This document shows positions 53,724 to 64,000 of a DNA stretch of 64,000 nucleotides, piece by piece. A program made the translations under genes and the position numbers. Source of the stretch: Zygnema circumcarinatum SAG 698-1b (Eukaryota; Plantae; Zygnematophyceae); the NCBI GenBank assembly GCA_037447605.1, contig CM074812.1, positions 1,922,001 through 1,986,000 of the forward strand, read 5' to 3'. How positions within the stretch are numbered: position 1 is the stretch's first letter; the number at the start of each line of letters is the position of its first letter. Below the pieces are notes generated by a model. It ran no database searches, was not told the origin of the DNA, and saw only the letters and a program-made list of their open reading frames with translations.

Positions 53724-56184
53724 TTACGAGCGCTCTATGGAGAGAGCATGCTCCTCTTCTTGCAAGAAGGAGGGCCGTCCTCCTCGACCGCCTTCGACAT
53801 CATCGCTGATCTCAGCACTCTCTATGTACGTGAAGCCCCGACCGACGAATATGAGGAGCAGCAGAGCTAGGGCACAGCCTCCCGAAAAAAAGAAAAATTC
53901 CTGCGCCTGAGTAAGCAAGGGTCCGATGGAGCCAACCACAAGCACTGTGAAGAGATTTCCTGCATGGAACATCCCCCAGTTACCAGACCATCATCCTCGA
54001 GCTCATTGGTCATGGGCATAGAGCGTGAAGCGCAAAAGTTATTATTTCTACAATTTTTTAAGTTCCGCAAACTCACCAAATGCCACAGTCAGACTCCAAA
54101 AAGATGATACCACTGACGTCATCGAGGAGGGCGCTTGCGAATAAGCCAATTCTAGCCCTGTGATGCTAAACAGTATCTCGCCAGCTGTCATCACCACATA
54201 CTGCGGAAACTGCCAAAGTATGGAGATGCATTTCTGCCCTTCCACCGAACAGTCGCCCATCGGAGTCTCCGTGCCACCTGTCAGGGTGTGCCCGTAGCTG
54301 TAACGGTTGTCGGCCCAACTGCCATTCCCTGTGAACGCCGCGAGTTTTGAATAGGACATGACTCCCCCCAGGTTAAGGGCACCTCCTGGAGAGATGCTGA
54401 GAGAGGGAGAGGGAGAGGGGAGAGGAGAGGGAGAGCTGTTGCCAGATTCTGCTACAGAGTCCATCCAGACCTGCAGAAGTCCGGAAATTATGAAGGCGAA
54501 AACAGCCAAAGCCATGCCAGCTACCATGCGACGAATAGGACGAAGGGAGACCCCTCTTTTCGCAAGCTGAGGATAAATAATTTGGTCGAACAGCGGAATC
54601 ATGATCAAGATCAAAAGGGAATTTGCTGTCTGCAAAGCCGCCAATGCGATGAAGGATTGTTTATCGTCAGGCTCTTAAAACATGATAAGTTGGGGTGAAC
54701 CAAAAACGGTTTCCAACGGTTTGGAAAAAACGACACAAGCCAAGAGCAAAGGGTTAGGTATTTAGGGGTTTTAGGCTCTTGAGAGTCTCTAAGGCAAAGT
54801 GCGAAGGCTTGAGATTTTAGGGTTTCAAACGTTATTGCTTGCACAGACCTGCATTTGGTCGGGCTCGATTGTGAACCATAGGACTTTGCCGTTCATCCGT
54901 TTTGCCTGAAAGACCCATCGAGATGCTTGCTGGTCGAAAAGTGACCAAAAAATGGGCACCGGAATGAAGAGAGTGAGAACTTGCAGGAGCAGCTTCACAT
55001 CCTCCACTGCTTCATCTCCATATTTTCGCTTCGCCCCATCCAACCAATGAGAGGGCTTCACTTCTCCAGGTGCCAAAATCTGTCTTTTGCTCCCTCTCTT
55101 TGGAATCCCGGGCTGCAAAGGGACTGTTTCTGAGGACCCTTCTGGCACAGTACTGATGTCAAGTTCACTGTTCGCTGTTACCCCTGAAACCCCTAAAGAC
55201 ACGTCGGATTTTGACCTTTTCATGAACGCCTCCATTACAATACCAACCACGCGCTGAAGCAGGTTGCCAGCTGGCACTTGATGCACATAGGAACTTTGTC
55301 CTGTCCAGAAGATGGATGTAGCCACTACCATGAGGCCAGCTGGCAGGGCGAAGGCGAGGGAGTAGGAATGGAAAGCGGTTCGGGTCCAAGGGGTAATGAT
55401 TGTGGAAAGGGTGGCTCCAATATTTATGGCAAAATAAAATGCGGAAAAAAAAAGTCGGAGAAGGTCATCTCTCGCGGGGCTTGGTTTGAAACTGAATTCG
55501 ATTTGGTCACCTCCAAAGGCAGAGACGCAGGGTTTGATGCCACCTGTCCCTACAGCTATGAAGAAGAGGCCTAGGACAGTAATGGCTCGTGTGAGATCTA
55601 TGGACCAATCAAGAGCGGAGAAAGAGAGGGTCCAGTTCCCGAGACAGTAGACAAGGGAGAGAATCATGATGGTTCTGTACTTTCCCTGTTCAGAAAATGC
55701 AGGAAATTAAGAAGAGAAAATATTTAAGAACCACGAACAGAACTGAAAGACAAAAAGGAAGTAAGGCTAAATTCGAATATGTCCATGAAGCTGATAAAAG
55801 CTTTGTGAAGCCTCTAAACAACGAGTGCATTCAAAAAGTGAAGGTATATGCAGCTCTACGAATAAGGAAAATTCGGTTCAGAGTTGGATTTCCTACAAGG
55901 TAGCTGTCACTGATGATGGCTCCAAAGAGAGGAGAAATGTATGATGCCATGATGAACAGATGGACCGCAGTCGTCGCCTGAGTTTCCGTTAGAAGTAACT
56001 GATTTGTGAAGTACAGCGCCAGAATAGCACGCATTCCGTAGAACGAAAAGCGCTCGCAAAACTCATTCCCCACAATCAGCCAAACAGTTTTGGGGAACTG
56101 CCGCAGAGAGGCCTCCGCAGCCGCCGCCGGCCTCTCTGGCGAACTGCTCTCGCCGTTCTCAGGGAGAGCCATAGTCATGGTCAT
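53724..56184 (-). CDS. Proton-dependent oligopeptide transporter (POT/PTR), PepT1/SLC15A1-2-like, 4 coding exons
   Basis: NEFCERFSFYGMRAIL, GTGGIKPCVSAFGGDQ, FYFAINIGATLSTIITP, FWSLFDQQASRW, IEPDQMQ, QFPQY..GEILFSITGLELAYSQAPSSM. Splice phases are consistent. Confidence 0.93.
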
Positions 56185-57377
56185 GACTAGACTGACTGAC
56201 TGACTGACTGACAGAGTCCCCTCCTCCGATCACTCCGCGAGCTTACACAATTACGGATGCTTCATAGGTGTGGCTGCAAACAGAGACGGCGCGAGGGGGC
56301 ACTGGATGTTAAACAATAATAACTGACAATCGTCTCTAATATTGACGCTTGAAAGTTTTCAAGACTCAACAGCGCAAGCAGAAGACAGACAGACAGATAG
56401 ACAGAGCAGCAAACAGCACTCGCCATAAAAATTCTCCATCAAGATTTCTGGCTGCCAGTCTGCAGAGTTTGCAGGCGATCATTTGAAACAGGAGTGGCAG
56501 TTAAGTCAGGTTTAGATTTCGGATTCGGTTTAGGTTGAAGGTGCTTCTGAAAGTCCTTCGCCCTAGCCTGCACAGACTGCCCGCAATGCAATTTCCTCCA
56601 CTGTTTGAATTCCCGCTCATCCAGCGAGACCTCTTTATTACTGCAATTCGTACAAAACTTCTCACAGAACCAAGCTAGGAATGAGGCGGACTGCTCACTG
56701 TTGGAAACCAGCCCTAAGCAAGCATTCTTTCCCCCGCACGAATTGTAAGAATTTGGGCATTCCCAGCAACTCACCTCCTTGCTGCAGCCCCTCCCTTCCT
56801 TCCGGCCCGCCCGGCTGGAGACGGCCTAACCGTCCCCCCCGAGAGAGGCAGCCACAGGCAGGCAGGCAGGCAGGCAGGCGCTGCGTTCACAGCGCACGGC
56901 CAACGGGAGGCTGCCACGTGCATGTCCAGTCCAGCATGGCGAATTGCCATTGGCCAGGGCCTCGGCGCCGGGCTGCCGCCCTCTAGGGGGTGTACGGACG
57001 CGGCGGAAGGGAAAAGGTACCGTACGGCTGCACGCGCTAGGCACTGCCACGTAGGACAATAGGTGTACGGCCTTCAGGGACGTAGTGTGGGCGGGCATCG
57101 TACGGATGTACAGAAAGCCCTGGTACGGGCGGCAGGCGGATAGGGACCCCCGCCAGTGAGCGGCCGCCACGCGGCCCGCGGAGGGGAGGGGCGCCTGCAC
57201 GAATGCCCGTACGGAAAGAGGAGCGGTCCCACCCTGGACCCCGTGCGGCCAGTGCCCGCCTGCCACGTGCGCACTCTGGCCGATGTGGCGCCCTCAGATT
57301 GGGCGGTTCGGACTCTCTCTGCCCTCCCTGGCAGGGCGGGGGTGGGGGCAGGCGGAGGGAGCAGGTCTCGCTCGGCG

Positions 57378-58482
57378 ATGGCAGCAGCGATGGCCATGGC
57401 GGGGGGAGAGGGAGGGGGAGGCGCGGCCCCGCCACGTGGCGAGCTCGCGCAGCTCGCGGAGGAGTTCGGGGCCGCGTGGGAGCACGTGCGCTTTTTCCGT
57501 ACGGAGGCGGCGGACCTCCGTACGACAGTGCGGTCGCTTTCCTCGCAGGTGGAGGGCCTCCCCGAGGAGGTCCTCTCGCGGCAAAGCGGGGGGGGTGGGA
57601 GCCTCCTGGCAGCTTACCAGCAGACCCTGAAGGCGGCGATTCTCGTGGCCGCGGACTGCAGGAAGAAAATCATTTTCCCCTTCACGTACTTCTACTCGAA
57701 CCAAAAGTCCATTTTGAGAAAAATCCGCGAAATCAACGCGCAGTTCGCGGAGTGCGAGGAGGCCCTCGTGCGGGTGCGGAAGGAGGGCGGAGGGGCGGGG
57801 CCGCCGGTGGGCGCGGGCGCGTGCTGGTCGCTGCTGGAGAGGGCGCTGCGGGCGACCGCGCTGGTCTGCTCCGCGTGCTCGCCGGTGGCGCCGCTCACGC
57901 TGGCGGGGGGCGGGGAAGGGGAGGAGGAGGGGGAGGGGGGGGAACTGAATGGACGGGACGTAGAACTGTTCTTGGAGGAGCAGCAGCTGACGGAACAGGA
58001 GGTGATATGGGAACATCCGCTGGGGGACTTGGAGGGGATTTTGGGCGGGTTTTTGGTGATATGCGTTGAGGGTTTAATAATGCAGGCAGACATCCAGACA
58101 GGGTCGAATAACGCAGTCCTTTTAGGGGGGATTGATTTCTTTTCTTGCTCTAATTTTGAGGGTTTGTATTTTTGTTTCACAGTTAAGAGTTTCTTTGTTA
58201 TTGTGGTTTGTAGAATTTTCTGATTTTTAGGTCTTGTTACTTCCTTCGGTTTTGCATTTGAAGTGTTTTAGGGAGGTTTTCGAGTTCGTAGGTTCTTAGA
58301 ATGTGTAATGGCGGCAGGTGGAGGAGTGGAAGGAGGAGCTGACGGCGATCGCGGACGAGGAGCGGCGCAACGGAGAACTGCGGACGGCCGAGAACATGGA
58401 ACGCATCCTCGGCCGGCTGCGGTCACGGCCGGTCACCGCAGTCAACGGATTTGGTAGCAGATCCGGTCTCAAGGGAGAGTGA
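57378..58482 (+). CDS. Uncharacterised helical protein, possibly HeLo/RPW8/MCAfunc-like four-helix bundle (exons 57378-58001, 58318-58482)
   Basis: GC-rich coding-like ORF with a phase-0 GT-AG intron. Amphipathic helices AADLRTTVRSL and TLKAAILVAADCRKKIIFPFTYFYSNQKSILRKIREINAQF. Confidence 0.55.
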
Positions 58483-60070
58483 GAAGCAGCAGTAGCCTTA
58501 AACCCTAAAGGCCGAAAACCCTAATAACCTTAATAGCCCTAAGAACCCTATGAACCCTAAAAGCCTTGAATGCGTTACATAACCCTAAAAATCATTGAAG
58601 ACTGATATTCTTAAAGGTGGTAGGAGCACAAGTAGTTGTATTTGGTGCAGCTAGCGACTGTAGAAAGCTTGAAATATTCTTAAACCCGAAACCTTGGGCA
58701 AGGAGCGCGAATAAAACTTTCTGTTCTGCGAGGTTTATCCACATAAAGCCCAATGAAGTGTACAGCAAGCTGATTTGGTAGCAGAGCGTGAGACTAAGGA
58801 ATAGCGGAATAAAATTCTGAACCCCAAACCCTAAATTTCTAATGATCTTGGTTGTGCACGTAGTGGACCTCAAGTGGCTTAACTTTAGGTTGGTTTTCAC
58901 TGGTCAGGCATGTCCTCTGTCTCTTATTTAATTTCGGAAATAGGGTCCATTTCTGAAACTAATCTGGCATACGCATTATAGGAGGTCTCGCTAAACCATC
59001 ATCATCGTTAGACTCTTGTTTCCAGTAAACATGGAAAGTAAGATCTGTACTGTGAGCTAAAGCTATGCCAAAAATGTCTTATTTTGAATAACGGTGACAT
59101 TGCATGGGGATGGTTGTTTTCGTTTTTTGTTTTTTCTTGTGTTTGGGAAATGGGGAATGTCTCCACTCTCCTCACCTTATGAATGTTCCTGCCAACGCAA
59201 AAAAAAGCGACTGCGGTTTAAGTAAGTTGTGCATGGTAACCCAATGGCCTAGGTTTAGGGTTTTTAAGGATCATCCAAGAAACGAGCATAGGATGGGATG
59301 GAGGACACGAGGCGAGGGGGCAAAGGAGGGAGAACGAGCGGGGGAGTGAGAGAGAGTGGATGAAGGAGAGGCCAAAGGCCAAAGTCAGGTTGCATTGTTC
59401 CATGAGACGATGATCGCGCATTCGCCACAACTCCACACAACGCAACGCTCTAGGGAGGGAGGGAGGGAGGAAGGGAGAGAGAGTGAGGGAGGGCTCCCTC
59501 CCATGCACAGAAACCAGCGCCGTACGGACGGGCATGCAGCGGGCCGGCCGGGTGGCAATTATCGATTGTCGCCGCTTGACGTCAACGTACAGCGAAACGG
59601 CGGCGAGTCAACGTCATTTCCGGCTTAAATTATTACAAGATGGCAACGCAACCGAAGGAGGGGAGTGGGAGAGAGTGGAGGTTGTAAGGAGGAGGGAGGA
59701 AGGGGAGGGGTGGGAAGGGAAAGGGGGGAGGGGAGGGGAGAAGGCGGGGAGGGGGGTGGGAGAGGGGAGGAGGGGAGGGGAAGGAGGGGAAGGGGGGAAG
59801 GGGAGAAGGGTGGGGAAGGGGAGGGAGAGAGACGGGGTAGCGGGGCGGGGGGAGAGGGGGAAGTGAGAGGGGAAGAGTGCCGAGCCTGTAGTACTCTCTC
59901 TCAAACAGAATAAAAAACAGTCATTTTCGCGTCTTTTGTTCCCCGATTTCAATCACGGTCATTGCCAGATATCTACTGCCACTCTGCAGTAAAGAAAAAA
60001 CGCACTCTCCAAAAAATTGGCCTAAAAAGTAAAAATTCAGTACATTATGTTTTAACGACGGAGCGAACTC

Positions 60071-63000
60071 CTAGTCGTTCTTTTTGTCACTCTCTTCTCC
60101 CACCCCTTGGGACTGCCCCTCTCCCTCTGCCTCTCCCTCCTTCCTCTCCCCACTCTGCTTCTCCTCCTCGCCTGTCGACTCATCATACTCCAGCAACTGC
60201 ATTCACATGCAACCTCAGTTACAGTTAGGGTTCAAATTTCAATCCAACTTACTCCTCCAGGTTAAATCTCATAAACCCGAAAACCCTAAAGAAGACTGAA
60301 ACTTTGACTCTCACCACCACAAGTACAAAAATGTAGGAAACCTAAAAAAGCAGAGAGGGGAAAATAGATCACAGCCATGGGAAGACATGTAAGAAAGAAG
60401 GCTTCTATGGGTTTGTCTCAATCAGTTCCAGGTTGAAATTTGTAAACTGAAGCACACAGGAAACGCATGGAACAGCCAGAGCAACGGAAACCGTACCTCT
60501 TTGTACTCCCCTCGTATGAGGCAGTGCACAGCCACTGAGCCCACGACACCTGGCACAATATAAAGCAATGCAGGCTGCAGAAAGGACAAGGAACCACACA
60601 GATGGAAGGGGAGAAAGGTGGTGAGTGTGGAGGAAAATTTTCGAGCACTTTCTGGTCAAAGGAATCAAGGAAAAAGAGGATAACTTACTAAAAAGATGGA
60701 TCCTTATCCAAGGGAGGGGAAAAGGGGGAGGTGGGGGGGGAAGGGGAGATGGGGAGAGGGGGAGATGGGGAGAGGGGGAGTGGGGAAATGGGGTACAGGG
60801 GGAGAAGGGGAGAGGGGAGAGGGGAGTGACGGAGAGTGGGGGAGAGGGAGGGGGAAAGAGGGAGAGGTGGAGAGGGTGAGAGGGGAGTGGAAGGGGAGGG
60901 AATGAGGGGGTGAAGGGGAAGGGGGTGAGGGAAGGATGAGGGGAGGTGGGGAGGGGGGTAGGGGGGGAGTGGGAGAGGGGGGGAGGAGTGGAGGGGTGGA
61001 AGGGGGGAGGGAGGAAGGGGGGAAGGGGGGAGGAGGGGAGGGGTGGTGGGGGGAAAGGGGGAAGGGAGAAGGGAGTGGGGGAGGAGGGAGGGGCGAGTGG
61101 GGAGCGGGGAGCGGAGAGGGAGAGGGGGAGAGGGAGGGGGGAAAGTGGTAGGGAGCGCCATAGAGAGAGAGAGTGAGTGAGAGAGAGAGAGAGAGAGATC
61201 AGGAGTTGTGTTCACACCTGAGCTGCTTGAAACCAGTTCATAACAACTATGGTAACTATGATTCCCGCACTGTACCCCGCAAAGGCGCTCCAAAAGTAGC
61301 GCACTCCCTTCTTCCGGTGCATGTCAAAGCGCAGCGCCAATGCCAGAAAAATGCCTGCGACCGCAAAAATGGAGAAAAAAAGGTGAACTTTCCGCATTCG
61401 AAATCTGCAATCAAAGTTACTTTTCAAATGGATGTTTATAGAGGAAGAGTAGAGTCCGAGAAGGTCGTCTATGGGCAACGCAAATGTTTTTTTTTGACAG
61501 AGAGAGGGAGAGAGAGAGAGTGAGAGAGAGAGAGCAGAGAGAGAGAGAGCGAGGGGGGGTGAGAGAGATGATGGGGGGAGAGGGGGAGAGTGGGAGTGGG
61601 GGAGAAGGGGAAAGGGGGAAGGGAGGGGAGAGATGCACACAGAGAGAGAGAGAGAGACAGAGAGGGAGAGCGAGGGATCTGATGAGTGTAAATGCAAAGT
61701 TCAGGACGGGCCAGTGAGAGAGAGTTTGCTGAGCTTCAATTCCTTACCCGGAATGACGATATCCCCCAACCCGAGAAGAGAGAAGGGCCGCGCAGCATCG
61801 CCGGTGGGAAAGAGAAGCTGCGCGGCAATGAACTCTCCCTCCCTCAGAAGGAGGAGAGAGGAAGCGCAAGGGAGAGCGGGAGAGTGGATGCGAACAAGAG
61901 TTCGATAGGAAAGAGGGTAGGTAGGATGCCGTAGGGTTCAGGTTAGGTTAAGGGAATTGCGTTAAGGTATGGGTTGAGGCTGAGTTGAAGCAAAGCAATT
62001 TAGGGGATGAAAACTCTGACTTTAAATATCTCGATTCAACTGAGTCAAATTTCTGCTAATCGAAAGTCACCATATTGAATCATCGTAAAGGAGGCATTGA
62101 GTTCGAACCTTGATCGGGGCATCAAATGATTTTGCCACGCTAACCATCACAGGCGTGCAGAAAACCCAGAAAATGTCATAGAAAAAGAGTCCTGCCTGCA
62201 AGGACAAAATAAACACGAAAAAGGTTGAAAAATGCCCAAACTAACAACTTTTTGCATACAGATCTCTCTGCAGGAATGAGAGCAGCATTGACTAAGTCAA
62301 TTAGCCAGAAAAAAAAAAAAAGCGTTCAGAAAAAAACCGCAGAAAGGCAAAAATAAGTTCAGGTATGTGCATGTACGAACTCACCAATAGAATTCCACCA
62401 ATCTTGAACGAGCCCAATGAGAGCAATTCAATACCCTGTTGAGGGGTAAAGAAGATTTAACGAAGACAAACACATTATCACAAAAGCCCAAAAAATGTCC
62501 GTTCTAGAGTGGAAAATTTGTTGCTTCCCACTCCCTCCCTACCTCTCCTCTCCTCCCTACCTTCCTTCCTCTCCTACCCCCCCATCTCCCGACCCCTCGT
62601 CTCTCCCTCCCCTCCTCCCTTTAGGAGCTTTTCATGTGCTTGTAAAGGTGCAAATTCCCTCGTCTCTCCCTCCCCTCTTCCCTCCTCAGATTAGGGGCTT
62701 TTCATGTGATTGTAAAGGTGCAAGTTTGAGTGAGGGGTGTGTGCCTGGAGAGAGAAGGCGAGGCCGAGCGTGTTGTTGGCGAGCCAATGTTTGGTCGCCA
62801 CATACCACGCACAGAAGGCAGCCGCCGGCACGCCCGCCACTACCTGCGCGCGAGTGAACTCCACCTCCAGACCTAAACCTGCCGCCGACAATGCAAACCA
62901 CTAGGTGAGTGAGTGAGCTTGGATACTCACTCTCCTGAAGATACCCCTATGTTCACTTTCTCATGTATGATACATGCGATGCATACAAACTTGAAGGGGC

Positions 63001-63765
63001 GACTGACCTTCACTCAGCAGACATGACTGATCTCAATGTCCCTCTCCCTCCCCCTCCCCCTCTTTCTCCCTATCCCTCTTCGTCTCCCTCCCTTTTCCCG
63101 CTGCATCTCCTTTCCCCTCCCACTCGTTCCCTCCCCAACCCCCTTCCAATCCCCATTCTCTCCTCAGCACAAAATGATTTGAAGATGTGCGGACATTGAT
63201 AGTAATGCTTAGTTGCGTGACGCAGTCCAATCCTAGAGGAGGATCACATACCCCATCATACATATAAGAGGTCACATACTTTTAAAGTAAGGGAAGCGCC
63301 AGATGATGACCTCAGTATTCCACAGCTTTGGTAGAAATCCAGCGACAAGGGGAAGAATGGAAGCTCTATACACATGCACAACATCAAGAGAAAATTCCGC
63401 TTCACATTCACTTTTCTATCAGACTTTCTCATTCAAATGCAGGTATAGCAAGAGGTCAGCTTACATAAGCAGTCTAATTCTTAGTTCGACAATGATCCGT
63501 AGTCATCGGATGCACGACAATTGACTTCAAAATAATAAACAAAGGCAGGTTTTAAACAAATTAATTAGCTTTGGCTTTATTGTGCAGTATCTTCGGCTTA
63601 GAGAACAGCGTACCCAAGTGCCAAAACACCCAGCACGACGAAGTACGCTGTCAATACCATGTTCACAAGGTCCTTTGGCAGAAACTTGAAGAGCAGAAAG
63701 AGGCTCACTAACACGGCGCTCCCTATCAGCGGAAACCGCATCGCGTGCTCTTTCGACATCGTCTC
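60071..63765 (-). CDS. SPP: Signal peptide peptidase (A22B presenilin-type aspartyl protease), 5' exons outside the window
   Basis: [29 protein letters not shown] (YD), [10 protein letters not shown] (GxGD), QPALLYIVP. The C-terminus ends in KKND, a KKxx ER-retrieval motif. Confidence 0.95.
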
Positions 63766-64000
63766 CTGCCATCATGCCAGCAAGCTTCCAAAATTCGAAT
63801 GAAAATCCGCAAAATTTTTGGGCAAACTATGGCAAGATAAGCTGAGACGGGAGACTCCGAATGATGCAGAAGCACCAAAGTTGAGAGAGAGAGAGAGAGA
63901 GCGCGAAGGGGGATCGAATGAAACAGGGCACTGACCCTACACCTTCACCAATCTTTTCAGTAAAAACAGAATGAAGAACCCTCAAATCCAATCTTCCAAT

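Noticed and set aside
56439-56774. Cys-rich 111-aa ORF upstream of the peptide transporter
   Set aside because: It starts at a GTGAGT splice donor rather than an ATG and probably lies in a 5' UTR intron; no family was recognised.

Overview
Eukaryotic nuclear DNA, most likely from a streptophyte (charophyte, probably zygnematophyte) green alga. The assignment rests on intron-rich GT-AG genes with plant-type GSK3, STOP1, GapA and SPP, together with an intact selenocysteine synthase, a gene land plants lack. I could splice 14 genes by hand: F-box/LRR, SET/Rubisco-LSMT-like, USP-like, two tandem prolyl 4-hydroxylases with ShKT domains, SepSecS, a SHAGGY/GSK3 kinase, GapA, an intronless cyanobacterial-type CPBP protease, a bacterial-type CimA citramalate synthase, STOP1-like zinc finger, an animal PepT1-like peptide transporter, a small putative four-helix-bundle protein, and signal peptide peptidase (5' end outside the window). 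Introns are full of GA/CT low-complexity tracts, which generate most of the ORF track. Non-coding structure includes an inverted MITE dimer with three AAT target sites, a palindrome-array element family, degenerate TTAGGG tracts, dense GTAC/CCGTAC clusters in intergenic GC islands, and a triplicated cryptic micro-exon cassette. All family assignments come from motif recognition from memory, not database searches.
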